Source: Pelovirga sp. (GTDB lineage Bacteria > Desulfobacterota > Desulfuromonadia > Desulfuromonadales > Geopsychrobacteraceae). Taken from it: 53,636 bases of DNA. The stretch is taken from positions 1 to 53,636 of the forward strand of contig JAWLDI010000001.1 in NCBI GenBank assembly GCA_041686715.1. The letters run 5' to 3'. How positions within the stretch are numbered: the first letter of the stretch is position 1; the number at the start of each line of letters is the position of its first letter. Below the pieces are notes generated by a model, which had not been told where the DNA came from, searched no databases, and saw nothing but the letters and a program-made list of their open reading frames with translations. The translations under genes were made by a program, and so were the position numbers. This document shows positions 27,324-37,894 of this stretch, piece by piece.

Positions 27324-27506
27324 ATGATGACCGAATGGAGCTGTGATAACCCCGAGGAACATTGTGATCTGCATGCCTGTCAATTAACGGCCAATGCGCG
27401 CAACCCGGAAATTGACAAAATTTTTGAAAATCCCCGTTACGTCTGTACCAACTGCGGAGCCAAAGTCCATGACGCAGTGAATGTCTGCCGGCCAAAGGAA
27501 CTTTAA
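27324..27506 (+). CDS. Small Cys/His-rich hypothetical protein
   Basis: AAGGAG RBS; HAC...PRYVCTNCGAK.....VCRP pattern; followed by a terminator. Confidence 0.7.
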   Translation: MMTEWSCDNPEEHCDLHACQLTANARNPEIDKIFENPRYVCTNCGAKVHDAVNVCRPKEL

Positions 27507-27515
27507 CAAATAGTT

Positions 27516-27552
27516 GCGGGCAAACTCATTAACACTCAATGAGTTTGCCCGC
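27516..27552. terminator. Hairpin between convergent genes
   Basis: GCGGGCAAACTCATT-N7-AATGAGTTTGCCCGC perfect 15-bp stem. Confidence 0.75.
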
Positions 27553-27560
27553 TGCGCTGC

Positions 27561-28343
27561 TCAGGTCCGCCACACCGCGATGCGCTGACTCACCGGATAC
27601 ACTGCCGGGCCGAACTGGTTGTATATGGCTACATCGGCAGCGTCGCGACCGTATCCGATCGTTACATACCCCCCCTTGTGGAACGGCTGGGTAGCATCAA
27701 AGGTATACCAGCGACCACCGACATAAGCTTCAAACCAGGCATGCAGGTCCATCGGTTCCAGCTCATACAGATACCCCACCACAAAGCGCGCCGGGATACT
27801 GATACTGCGACATAAGGCGATCCCCAGGTGTGCCAGATCTCGACAGACACCGGACTGCCGATGGTTGACCTCAACCGCGGAGATGGGCAAATCGCTGCTG
27901 CCGGGCAGGTAGCGAATGAAATTGCGCACCCAGCCCTCAATCGCCGACACCTGATCATAGCCGGGTTGAAGATTGGCCGTGATCTCGGTTGCCATCTGAC
28001 CAAAGCGATCTGACTCGCAGTACCGACTCGGAAGAAGGTATTCCAGCACGCCATTGGGAAGATTCTGAATTTCGATGAAAGGGGCCCCCACCGCCTGATC
28101 ACTGAAGTCTGCGGTCTTTACCTGCGCTAATGTATGGATGGCGAAATATCCGGGCGGCGCAATCAACCGCTGGCAGAGATTCCCATAGCCATCAGTAAAC
28201 TCGAACACGGGAACTTCAGGGGCAAGCCGATACTCTTCTTTAGCTATCCATTGCTGGGCCCCACTACGCGGCCGCAGCATCAGCACAAACGGCGTCGCTA
28301 CCGAAATTTCAAATTCAAGATCACAACTGACATGTAACCACAT
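27561..28343 (-). CDS. Transglutaminase-like protein
   Basis: [11 protein letters not shown]; triad GVCRDLAH / HAWFE / TFDAT. Confidence 0.9.
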   Translation of the reverse strand: MWLHVSCDLEFEISVATPFVLMLRPRSGAQQWIAKEEYRLAPEVPVFEFTDGYGNLCQRLIAPPGYFAIHTLAQVKTADFSDQAVGAPFIEIQNLPNGVLEYLLPSRYCESDRFGQMATEITANLQPGYDQVSAIEGWVRNFIRYLPGSSDLPISAVEVNHRQSGVCRDLAHLGIALCRSISIPARFVVGYLYELEPMDLHAWFEAYVGGRWYTFDATQPFHKGGYVTIGYGRDAADVAIYNQFGPAVYPVSQRIAVWRT

Positions 28344-28420
28344 GATTATTCCTGATGGCTCATCAAGCTCTGCCGGCGGACTGCTGCCACCAACCGCTTA
28401 GAGTAAAAATCAATACGCTG

Positions 28421-29371
28421 TCATTCCTCCATTACCATCCGGAAGAAGACCTCGTAAATTGCCTCGCCAACCTGGTTGATCCGGGTCTGGGTAACGTCGA
28501 GATACTCATGCAGCCCGTAATCAAAAATTTCCTCCAGCGCCGCAAACTGAAACTCTGCCAACAACCGTCCCAATGCCTGCTGCGCCTTGTTGGAATAGGA
28601 ATCAATCTGGCCACCACTGATTTCATTGAGGGACTTCATCCCTGCCGCCAGGGAATAATGAACAGCCCGCGGGAAGTTACGGTCAAGCAGCAAAAAATTG
28701 GTGATATTGCGCGGCGCAATGCGACCATACTGCTTGCGGTACATTTCAAATGCGCTGGCTGAACGCAGCAAGGCCCCCCAGAGAATATTGTCATACGGGC
28801 TGCCGACATAATCGACAGAGGGCAACAGGATAAAATACTTAACATCAAGCAGGCGGGTGGTTTTGTCGGCGCGCTCAAGCATCCGCCCGAGGCGACCAAA
28901 ATGCCAGCCTTCGCCATGATTCATGGTCGCATCGGTAATGCCGATAAAGGCGTGACTGGCATTCATCACCTCGGCAGAAAACTGGTGGGGCAGATCCATC
29001 ACGGTCTCTTCCGAAGCGGCGTTGACCATCAGGTAAAAGGTATTGAGCTGCTCCCACATTTCGGAACTGATATATTCGCGGATTGATCGAGCGTTTTCCC
29101 GCGCGGCCCGCACGCAGGAATAAATAGAATTGGTGTTACGCCGGTCAAATATCAGAAAACGGATAGCGTTGTCACGGGTTGCCTCGCCGTAAAGCTTTTT
29201 GAATAACTCGTGATCACCGGTGGTATTGATCAGAGGCTGCCACTGATCACTGGCATCCTCGGGAAGATCAAGGGTCATATTATAATTGGCGGAAATAAAA
29301 CGGGCGACATTTTCAGCCCGCTCAATATAGCGGTTCAACCAGTAGATGGAATTCGCAACCCGACTCAGCAT
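28421..29371 (-). CDS. Alpha-E domain protein (DUF403)
   Basis: [39 protein letters not shown]. Confidence 0.9.
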   Translation of the reverse strand: MLSRVANSIYWLNRYIERAENVARFISANYNMTLDLPEDASDQWQPLINTTGDHELFKKLYGEATRDNAIRFLIFDRRNTNSIYSCVRAARENARSIREYISSEMWEQLNTFYLMVNAASEETVMDLPHQFSAEVMNASHAFIGITDATMNHGEGWHFGRLGRMLERADKTTRLLDVKYFILLPSVDYVGSPYDNILWGALLRSASAFEMYRKQYGRIAPRNITNFLLLDRNFPRAVHYSLAAGMKSLNEISGGQIDSYSNKAQQALGRLLAEFQFAALEEIFDYGLHEYLDVTQTRINQVGEAIYEVFFRMVMEE

Positions 29372-30873
29372 GGCGCATCCTCCTGATTCTGATTCTGATT
29401 CTCCTCCTGCAACGGAGATTCAGGTGACGGTCCCTCCGTTGAATTAATCACCCAGGTGTCTTTACTCCCTCCCCCTTGCGATGAATTGACCACCAGTGAT
29501 CCTTTCTTCAGTGCCACCCGCGTTAAACCACCGGGCATAACATAGATGTTATCATTGCCACAGAGGATATAGGGGCGCAGATCGACATGCCGTCCCTCGA
29601 AATGGTCGCCCATCAGCACCGGCACCCGCGACAGCGACAGGGTCGGCTGAGCAATATAGATGCGTGGCCTGGCGATAATCCGGCGGCGGAATTCTTCGCG
29701 CTCTTCAGCGCTGGCATGGGGGCCGATCAACATGCCATAGCCGCCGGACTCATTCACCGCCTTGACCACCAGCTTGTCGAGGTTTTCCAGAACGTATTTG
29801 CGGTCGTCTTCGCGCCAGCAGGCATAGGTCGGCACATTGTTAATGATAGGATCTTCCTGCAGGTAATATTTGATAATCTCCGGCACATAGGCATAGACCG
29901 CCTTGTCATCGGCAACCCCGGACCCGGGGGCATTGGCGAGAGCGACCCGTCCTTTACTGTAGGCTTCCATCAAGCCCGGCACGCCAAGCATGGAATCGGC
30001 ACGGAACACCTTGGGATCGATGAAATCATCGTCGATGCGCCGATAAATCACATCAACCCGTTCCAGTCCCTTGGTTGTGCGCATCATCACCTCGCCACGG
30101 TGAACAACCAGGTCCCGCCCCTCAACCAGCTGCACTCCCATCTGTTGCGCCAGGTAACTGTGCTCGAAATAAGCGGAGTTATAAATACCTGGCGTCCAGA
30201 CCACACACACCGGAGCACGCACCCCGGGCGGAGCCATGTCCTGCAGCATATCGAGCAGGCGAATCGGATAATCCGTGACCGGCTGAACACTGCAGGCATC
30301 AAAAACCAACGGGAAGGTGCGTTTCATGATCTGCCGATTTTCCAGCACGTATGAAACCCCCGAGGGACAGCGCAGATTGTCCTCGAGAACATAATACTCA
30401 CCATCGCCACCACGAACCAGATCGGTTCCGGTAACATGACACCAGACACCACAAGGAGGATCAAGGCCGATACAGGGTTTACGAAAACCTTCCGCGGAAA
30501 GCACCAGATCCGCCGGCACAACGCCATCTTTAAGAATCTTCTGGTCGTGATAAACATCGTCGATAAACAGGTTCAGGGCGTGAATCCGCTGTTTCAGACC
30601 AACCTCAAGGTGTTGCCACTCTTGCGCCTGAATAATCCGTGGGACGATATCAAAGGGGAAAATTTTTTCGGTCTGGGCATCGTCACTGTAGACGTTAAAG
30701 GTGATTCCCAGATTCAATAACGCTTTTTCTGCCGCCTGTTGCCGGCGCTGCAACTCAGAATCAGGCAGGGCGTTGATACGCTTGACAAGCAGGTCGGCGC
30801 CGCGCCGCGGTTTCCCTCCGGCATCAAACAACTCATCATAAAAACCTTCGGTATCATATCCGGTAAAATTCAT
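29365..30873 (-). CDS. Circularly permuted ATP-grasp (type 2) protein
   Basis: [67 protein letters not shown]. Confidence 0.92.
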   Translation of the reverse strand: MNFTGYDTEGFYDELFDAGGKPRRGADLLVKRINALPDSELQRRQQAAEKALLNLGITFNVYSDDAQTEKIFPFDIVPRIIQAQEWQHLEVGLKQRIHALNLFIDDVYHDQKILKDGVVPADLVLSAEGFRKPCIGLDPPCGVWCHVTGTDLVRGGDGEYYVLEDNLRCPSGVSYVLENRQIMKRTFPLVFDACSVQPVTDYPIRLLDMLQDMAPPGVRAPVCVVWTPGIYNSAYFEHSYLAQQMGVQLVEGRDLVVHRGEVMMRTTKGLERVDVIYRRIDDDFIDPKVFRADSMLGVPGLMEAYSKGRVALANAPGSGVADDKAVYAYVPEIIKYYLQEDPIINNVPTYACWREDDRKYVLENLDKLVVKAVNESGGYGMLIGPHASAEEREEFRRRIIARPRIYIAQPTLSLSRVPVLMGDHFEGRHVDLRPYILCGNDNIYVMPGGLTRVALKKGSLVVNSSQGGGSKDTWVINSTEGPSPESPLQEENQNQNQEDAPC

Positions 30874-30924
30874 TGAATCCTCCTTTATTTAAGGGGTCAA
30901 AAAACACATTCATTGTTACTGATA

Positions 30925-31851
30925 TCAGGACAATGGACCCTGGCTCTGTTGTTGTTGCAGCAACAGCGGTTGATCAGGCTGCCTGGCGACATCAACAGAA
31001 ACCACGACCTGATGCTTGCCTCCTCCCAGAGCGATCCCCTTTAAGGGCGACACATCGGAAAAATCACGTCCCCAGGCGACAGTAATATGCTGCTCGCGCG
31101 GTTGGTGATTATTGGTCGGATCAAAATCAAACCAGCCATGGCCTGGAAGATAAACAGCAAACCAGGCATGGGAAGCATCAGCACCGATCAGCCGCTCCTG
31201 CCCCGGCGCCGGCAGGTTTTCGATATAACCACTGACATAGCGAGCCGCCAGCCCCAATGAGCGCAGACAGCCGATGGCAACATGAGCGAAATCCTGACAC
31301 ACCCCCCGCCTTTTTTCGAGGACCTCCGCCAATGGTGTCGCAATGGTCGTTGATGTCGGGTCATAGGAAAAGTCGTGATAAATCCGCTGCATCAGATCCA
31401 TTGCCGCCGCCAGCAAAGGACGTTCTGGGGTCATGGAAGCCCGGGCATAGTCAACCAGCGGTGGCAATAACGGGATCAGTGGTGAAGCGTAGCGGTACGG
31501 CATCACTGAAACAATGTCAGGGGTGCGCTGGGTACGCAACATCTCAACAACCGCCTCCCAGGGGTGCGATTGTTCCGGTTTTTGCAGGTATATCCGCGGG
31601 AAAACCTCAACATCACTGACAGCCGTCACCGTTAAGGTATCATGAGGCTGCTGGATGGCAAAATGGGTCCTAAGATTACCAAAAAAGTCGCTGCGCTCAT
31701 GGATATCCGTGGCTTCGGGACTGATCTGCAGCACGCTGTTGCGAGAGCGTTGATGCTCAGTCTCGCGCACCAGTAGACAGGTTTCATTGCGGCACATATT
31801 AACCGCTTCGCTGTAGTGGTAACGCGTCACATGTCGAATACGATAGTTCAT
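30925..31851 (-). CDS. Transglutaminase-like protein with Bact_transglu_N domain
   Basis: IRHVTRYHYS, DFFGN, GVCQDFAH / ASHAW / FDPTN, GRDFSDVSPLKG. Confidence 0.92.
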   Translation of the reverse strand: MNYRIRHVTRYHYSEAVNMCRNETCLLVRETEHQRSRNSVLQISPEATDIHERSDFFGNLRTHFAIQQPHDTLTVTAVSDVEVFPRIYLQKPEQSHPWEAVVEMLRTQRTPDIVSVMPYRYASPLIPLLPPLVDYARASMTPERPLLAAAMDLMQRIYHDFSYDPTSTTIATPLAEVLEKRRGVCQDFAHVAIGCLRSLGLAARYVSGYIENLPAPGQERLIGADASHAWFAVYLPGHGWFDFDPTNNHQPREQHITVAWGRDFSDVSPLKGIALGGGKHQVVVSVDVARQPDQPLLLQQQQSQGPLS

Positions 31852-34469
31852 AATACCATTTCCCGCAGCGGCAAACCGAACTGTTGCAACGCCTGTGTCG
31901 GCCTGAAATAGAACTGGGTCAGACAGTTCGAAAGCTGCTGCAGGCGCTTTTTCTGATCTGTCAGCAGCGCCTCCAGCAGGGGGTAGCTGCCACTCTCGGA
32001 GATTTGCCGGGTCAAACCTTTATGATCTGTCGCCTGTAATTGCTCCAGCGCAGAAGAGATAATTTCCTCATCTTGACCCACTGTGGGCACATTGGCTTCG
32101 TGGGGCAGTTCACTGATATGTCTTTTCATCTGGCGCATCTGGCAGGCCAGGGACCTGGGATAATTTTCATCCAGCAACAAGAGTTCGAGGATGGGTGATA
32201 ACTGCATGAATGAACGATAACGACGGCGAAAAACGACCAGGCTGTTGCAGCTTGCCAGCACCGTTTCCATAATACGCGCTTCGGTCGCACTATCGTAACA
32301 GGGCACCAGTGTCTCATTGAGCAGATCAATCAAATTGAGAGCCCGCTCGAGTCGACGCCCGATATTCAGCAGCAACCAGGCTGTTTCACGCGCCATATTT
32401 TCATAAGCCAACCCGCTGAAAGCCGACAGTTGCAACACCAGTTGGTGAACATTTTCATACATCCGGCCGCTGCCGATCAATGCCCTGCCGACTCGCGGGT
32501 TCCATGACTGCATCTGGTCCACCAACCGCCAGGCATCTTCGGGAAGCAGATCACGTATTTCCACTGCCGAGCGGCCCAGACTGCGCAAGGAGGATCGCAA
32601 ACTCCCCGATCGATCGATATCGCGAATCAACGACAGCAGCTCTGCCCGTGGATCATCCAATTTCTGCTGTGCGTCTTTACCGACAAAGCCCGGATAGGTC
32701 AGGGTAACATGGGTCAACGCCTGCAGCAGATGATTCAGACTGATGCGATCATCCGGATCGCCAAACTCTTTAACTTCACGCAGCTTCACCAGTATAGAAC
32801 GCAGCAGCCGCGCCGTCTGTTCGGTACGCTCAGCATAGCGCCCGGCCCAGAACAGGTTTTCCGCGGCACGGCTCGGTAATGAAACAAAATAGGGTGAAAG
32901 AGGCACATCCGATGTGGATCGCAACCACAGGTTTACCTGTTGATGAGGTTCCTGAGTCAACACCCAGGTATCCTTGATGCTACCTGCACGTTGTCCGGAA
33001 ACAAGCAGGTTGTCACCAGCCGCGGCCACCCGGCTCAGCCCTCCCGGCATCAACTGGTAGCTTTCATTGTGCGCAGTAACATACAGACTGACCAAGCTCT
33101 GGCGGGTGGCCAGCTGCTTCTGCTCATAAGCTGGAAAGGCAACATAATCAACCTGCTCCTGACCAACAAACAGGCGCGGATTGGCACTGATCAGGGCAGT
33201 CCAGCGCTGTCGCTGCGCATCCGTCATCCGTCCCGGAGTTGACTGGGGCATATCAGGTAAGGGCTGAATCGGTTTGATAATCAGACGATCCAGATTTTCC
33301 AGCACATACTTGCACTCCCGCGGCTGACCGCACCACCAGGTCGCAATTGACGGGACCTTCAGGTCAGTGCCCAGAAAATAGCGGCATATTCCAGGCAGAA
33401 ACGCCATCAGTGCCGGATTTGCCAGGATACTGCTACCGATCGGATTGACCAGAGCCAGGTTGCCCCGACGCACTGCCTGCAACAGACCGGGGACACCGCC
33501 GCCGCTATGACTGCGCAGCTCCAGAGGGTCGCAGGCATGATCCGCCAGCCGGGAAAAAATCACATCGACCTGATGCAACCCATCCACCGTTTTCAACCAG
33601 ACACAGCTGTCGCGAACGACAAGATCGCCCCCCTGTACCAACGGGTAACCAAGATAAGAGGCAAGATAGGCATGCTCAAAGTAATCAGGATGCGTCGGCC
33701 CCGCGGTCAGCACCACAATCCGTGGATATTCCTGATGTTGTCGGGCCAATTGGCCGAAGCGCTGGCGCACAGCACGGAAGAACTGTGCCAGTCGGTGTAC
33801 CCTGAATCCCTCGAATAACTGCGGAAAGCTGCGTGTCATGATCACCCTGGTTTCCAGGGCATAACCGGCACCAAACGGCGGGCTGACATGATCATCGACG
33901 ACCCAGAAATTACCGTCAGTCCCCTTGGCTATTGTTGTAGAGAAGAGGTTAAGCTGCTGTGGTTGAGGAAAATTACCATCGGCACAAGGGTAGAAAAAAC
34001 CACTGTGTGGAAAGACCAGCTCCGGCGGCAACAACCGTTTTTCAATCAGTTTACGCGGACCATAGATATCTTGAAGAATCAGGTTAAACAACTCGGCACG
34101 CTGAATCATGGCCTGGTCCAGCTGGCCCCACTCAGCGACACTGAAAATCAGCGGCAGCGGGTCAAACTGCCAGGCGCGATTACTGTTGCTCTGATCAAAG
34201 ACATTGTGGATGGCACCGTTTTCCCGCAACAGCCGTTGCGCCTCGCGAAAACGTGTGTGGACACGCGGCCCCAGTTTCTCAAGATTCTGCTGCAATCGTT
34301 GCCAGTGCTCGGGAAAATCCCCGGCTCCCGCGGCTTCGACAATCGCCCGGTAGATATCGGTGGCGGCGGCAGTTGAAATCGATGTTTCAGGTTCACTTAT
34401 CAAAGTTAAACTCTCATCACATATCTGTTGTTTAGCAGGCTCATCAGCAACTATGGCGGCGCAGGTCAA
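31848..34469 (-). CDS. Circularly permuted ATP-grasp fused to an alpha-E domain
   Basis: WQFDPLP, YFEHAYLA..LG, PGGLSRV, KDTW, then LPSRAAENLFWAGRYAER and GRRLERA; true start may be TTG 34403. Confidence 0.88.
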   Translation of the reverse strand: MTCAAIVADEPAKQQICDESLTLISEPETSISTAAATDIYRAIVEAAGAGDFPEHWQRLQQNLEKLGPRVHTRFREAQRLLRENGAIHNVFDQSNSNRAWQFDPLPLIFSVAEWGQLDQAMIQRAELFNLILQDIYGPRKLIEKRLLPPELVFPHSGFFYPCADGNFPQPQQLNLFSTTIAKGTDGNFWVVDDHVSPPFGAGYALETRVIMTRSFPQLFEGFRVHRLAQFFRAVRQRFGQLARQHQEYPRIVVLTAGPTHPDYFEHAYLASYLGYPLVQGGDLVVRDSCVWLKTVDGLHQVDVIFSRLADHACDPLELRSHSGGGVPGLLQAVRRGNLALVNPIGSSILANPALMAFLPGICRYFLGTDLKVPSIATWWCGQPRECKYVLENLDRLIIKPIQPLPDMPQSTPGRMTDAQRQRWTALISANPRLFVGQEQVDYVAFPAYEQKQLATRQSLVSLYVTAHNESYQLMPGGLSRVAAAGDNLLVSGQRAGSIKDTWVLTQEPHQQVNLWLRSTSDVPLSPYFVSLPSRAAENLFWAGRYAERTEQTARLLRSILVKLREVKEFGDPDDRISLNHLLQALTHVTLTYPGFVGKDAQQKLDDPRAELLSLIRDIDRSGSLRSSLRSLGRSAVEIRDLLPEDAWRLVDQMQSWNPRVGRALIGSGRMYENVHQLVLQLSAFSGLAYENMARETAWLLLNIGRRLERALNLIDLLNETLVPCYDSATEARIMETVLASCNSLVVFRRRYRSFMQLSPILELLLLDENYPRSLACQMRQMKRHISELPHEANVPTVGQDEEIISSALEQLQATDHKGLTRQISESGSYPLLEALLTDQKKRLQQLSNCLTQFYFRPTQALQQFGLPLREMVL

Positions 34470-37400
34470 GGGTCAAGGGAAACTCATCATCAATGTCCAG
34501 CGGTGGGGGTGCCATGGGTCCGGGAACCGAGCCGTTAGGGAAGAAACGCCCGAAGCTGCCGAAATCGGCGTGGGGAGCCAGGCGTCCAGGGGTATGCTCG
34601 GTCACCGTAAACATGGAGCGCCGGCGGGATTCAGCGATCAACGGGTTCAATGGAAAAACATCATAGCTGCGCCCGCCGGGGTGGGACACATGATAGGAAC
34701 AACCACCAATGGAACAGCCATTCCAGGTGTCGATGACATCGAACACCAGCGGCGCGTGGGGCTTGATCGTCGGATGCAGCGCCGAAGGGGGCTGCCAGGC
34801 GCGATAGCGGACGCCGGCAACAAACTCATCGCGCCGCCCGGTGCTGCGCAATGGCAGTCGCATGCCGTTACAGACAATGACATAGCGCTCTTCTGTCAGC
34901 CCGGTAACATACAACTGTAACCTCTCAACCGAGGAATCAACATAGCGTGAAGTCCCCTGGCTGGTAACTTCTTCACCAAGTACATGCCAGGGCTCGATGG
35001 CAAAACGCAGTTCCATCTCGATATTGTCGATCTGCACTGTCCCGTAACGGGGAAATCTGAATTCAAAAAAGGGATCAAACCAGTCAAACTGGAACGGATA
35101 GCCGGCCCGCTTCAGATCGGCCATTACCTCTTTGATGTCCTGGGCAACAAACCAGGGGAGCAGGAAGCGATCGTGCAATGAGGTCCCCCAGCGCACCAGC
35201 TTATGGGCATACGGCTCGCGCCAGAACCAGGCCACCAGGGTGCGCAACAGAAGATTCTGGACCAGGCTCATGCGCGCGTGGGGGGGCATCTCAAAGGCGC
35301 GCAATTCGAGAATACCGAGGCGACCAGCCGGCCCATCGGGCGAATAGAGCTTATCAATACAGAATTCGGCGCGATGGGTATTACCGGTCACATCAATCAG
35401 CAGATTACGCAGCAACCGATCCACCAGCCAGGGTGCAGCAACCTCCCCTTCCGGCATCTGGGCAAAAGCAATCTCCAGCTCATAAAGGGAGTCATCCCTG
35501 GCCTCATCGATACGCGGCGCCTGGCTGGTCGGGCCCATGAACATGCCGGAGAACAGATAGGAGAGCCCGGGGTGATGCTGCCAGTAGGTGATCAGGCTGC
35601 GCAGCAGATCAGGCCGGCGCAACATCGGGCTGTCCGCCGGGGTGGCTCCACCCAGGGTAATATGGTTGCCGCCACCGGTGCCGGTATGACGACCATCGAG
35701 CATGAATTTTTCCGTTCCCAGTCGACACTGGCGTGCCTCTTCGTAAAGCCGCGTGGTGTTTTCAACAATTTTCTGCCAGCTATTGGCTGGATGAATGTTG
35801 ACCTCGATGACGCCGGGGTCGGGGGTCACACTCAAGCGTTCAATGCGCCAGTCGCGTGGCGGTTCATAGCCTTCGATCACCACCGGCAACTCCAGTTCTG
35901 CTGCCGTCGCTTCGATGACGGCGATCAGGTCAAGATACTGCTCAAGAGCCGGCAGGGGTGGCATGAACAGATACAGACGACCGTCGCGTACTTCAAAGCA
36001 GATGGCGGTATGGGGAACCTCTTCGAGCCTGAGCTGTTCTTCGGTTTCCACAACCTGTCCGGGAGCCTCCGGCGGCCAGGGCGACTGTGAAAAATCTCCC
36101 AGTGGCGGCAATGGCGCAAACTGGCTCTGCTCCATGAACGGCTCCCGCTTTTCCGGAGCAACCCAGGGCAGGGAATCCAGCGGCAGACGCATACCCATGG
36201 CGGAATCGCCGGGAATCAGATACATCTGCTCGCGGCGAAAGTCCCAGTCAGCACTGATCCAGCGGTTTTCATGGGTTTCCCAGCGCAGCGGCAGCGCGTA
36301 CCCAACAGGCTGATCGAGTCCATGGGTCAACACCTTTGCCAAAGTACGGCGCTCCATGCTGTCTTTTAAATCGGCCACTTCCGGGTCGAGATTAACCGGC
36401 GTGGTGCCCTCTTTCCAGAGCCAGTAGAGAGGATCTTCATAACCGGGAACAAGATAATGGTCCTTGACGCCGATACGCTCGGCAACTTGTAAGGCAAAGC
36501 GCTCGGCGGCATCCTGCGCGGCGGTGCCCGGCTCACGGATATCGGCAAGCAAATCATGATTGTGCCAGATCGGCTGCTTGTCTTTGCGCCAGAAGCAGTT
36601 ATACGCCCAGCGCGGCAAGGGCTCACCGGGATACCATTTGCCCTGGCCATAATGCAACAGCCCACCGCTGGTAAAAGCGTCACGCAGGCGCAGTACCAGA
36701 TCATGGGCGAGGTTGCGCTTGTGCTCACCATCAGCGTGGGTATTCCACTGGTCGCTCTCCATATCATCGATGGAGACAAAAGTCGGCTCGCCGCCCATGG
36801 TCAAACGGACATCACCAGCCACCAGATCCTCTTCTACCTTTTGCCCCAGGGCGTTGATCAGTTGCCACTGGTCATCACTGTAAGGCTTGGTTACCCGCGG
36901 ATCCTCATGCAGACGATGGACGGTATTGCTGTATTCAAAGGTTACTTTACAGGGGCCGGTGGCACCCGTCAGTGGCGCCGCACTCGCCGGGTGGGGGGTG
37001 CAGGCCAGGGGAATATGCCCCTCTCCGGCCAGCAACCCGGAGGTGGGATCAAGGCCAACCCAGCCGGCACCGGGGATATAGACTTCGGCCCAGGCATGCA
37101 GATCAGTAAAATCGGCTTCCGGTCCGGAAGGACCATCCAGCGATTTTTCATCAGAACTCAGCTGCACCAGGTAGCCACTGACAAAGCGCGCTGCCAGACC
37201 CAGGTGCCGTAAAATCTGTACCAGCAACCAGGCGGTATCACGGCAGGATCCGAGCGCCAGATGGAGGGTTGTCTCACAGGTCTGGACCCCCGGCTCCATA
37301 CGCACCGAATAAGCAATATCCTGGTTCAGACGACGGTTAACCTCGACCAGAAAATCGACCGTAATCATTGGTTCGCAATCAATTTTTTTCAGCCAGCGGG

Positions 37401-37782
37401 ACAAGCGCGGTCCGGCATGGATTTTCTGCAGATAAGGAATCAGCTCGGTCCGCTCCTGGCGGGTATACTCAAAAGGAAACTTCTCGGCATAGTCCTCGAT
37501 AAAAAAATCGAAGGGGTTATAGGCGATCATATCAGCAACCACCTCTACCGCAATTGACAGCTCCTTGCTCGGTTCAGGAAATACCAGACGCGCGAGATAG
37601 TTGCCGAAAGCATCCTGTTGCCAGTTAATAAAGTGCTCTTCCGGCAGAATCTTGAGAGAATATGCCTGGATCGGCGTGCGGCAGTGAGGAGCCGGTCGCA
37701 AGCGCAGCACGTGAGGATAAATCTGGGTCGGTTTGTCAAAGAGATAACGGGTTACATGGTGACAGGCAATACGAATCGGCAT
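34444..37782 (-). CDS. Transglutaminase fused to DUF2126 putative COOH-NH2 (amido)ligase
   Basis: GSCRD / DLHAWAE / GLDPTSG triad; GGEPTFV, TPDPGVIEVN, GTGGGNH, NTHRAEFCIDK, ELRAFEMPPH. Confidence 0.92.
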   Translation of the reverse strand: MPIRIACHHVTRYLFDKPTQIYPHVLRLRPAPHCRTPIQAYSLKILPEEHFINWQQDAFGNYLARLVFPEPSKELSIAVEVVADMIAYNPFDFFIEDYAEKFPFEYTRQERTELIPYLQKIHAGPRLSRWLKKIDCEPMITVDFLVEVNRRLNQDIAYSVRMEPGVQTCETTLHLALGSCRDTAWLLVQILRHLGLAARFVSGYLVQLSSDEKSLDGPSGPEADFTDLHAWAEVYIPGAGWVGLDPTSGLLAGEGHIPLACTPHPASAAPLTGATGPCKVTFEYSNTVHRLHEDPRVTKPYSDDQWQLINALGQKVEEDLVAGDVRLTMGGEPTFVSIDDMESDQWNTHADGEHKRNLAHDLVLRLRDAFTSGGLLHYGQGKWYPGEPLPRWAYNCFWRKDKQPIWHNHDLLADIREPGTAAQDAAERFALQVAERIGVKDHYLVPGYEDPLYWLWKEGTTPVNLDPEVADLKDSMERRTLAKVLTHGLDQPVGYALPLRWETHENRWISADWDFRREQMYLIPGDSAMGMRLPLDSLPWVAPEKREPFMEQSQFAPLPPLGDFSQSPWPPEAPGQVVETEEQLRLEEVPHTAICFEVRDGRLYLFMPPLPALEQYLDLIAVIEATAAELELPVVIEGYEPPRDWRIERLSVTPDPGVIEVNIHPANSWQKIVENTTRLYEEARQCRLGTEKFMLDGRHTGTGGGNHITLGGATPADSPMLRRPDLLRSLITYWQHHPGLSYLFSGMFMGPTSQAPRIDEARDDSLYELEIAFAQMPEGEVAAPWLVDRLLRNLLIDVTGNTHRAEFCIDKLYSPDGPAGRLGILELRAFEMPPHARMSLVQNLLLRTLVAWFWREPYAHKLVRWGTSLHDRFLLPWFVAQDIKEVMADLKRAGYPFQFDWFDPFFEFRFPRYGTVQIDNIEMELRFAIEPWHVLGEEVTSQGTSRYVDSSVERLQLYVTGLTEERYVIVCNGMRLPLRSTGRRDEFVAGVRYRAWQPPSALHPTIKPHAPLVFDVIDTWNGCSIGGCSYHVSHPGGRSYDVFPLNPLIAESRRRSMFTVTEHTPGRLAPHADFGSFGRFFPNGSVPGPMAPPPLDIDDEFPLTLDLRRHSC

Positions 37783-37894
37783 AAATATGTCCCTGTATCA
37801 GCAGGCCGCCAACGGACCTGCAAACTCAACAAAAGAAAAAAGCAAAAACGTGAGCTATATTAGTTGAACTGCGGGACAAAAGCGATTGAAAACC

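Noticed and set aside
37841-37857. sigma54 promoter for the transglutaminase operon
   Set aside because: TTTGC is present but there is no GG at the required distance
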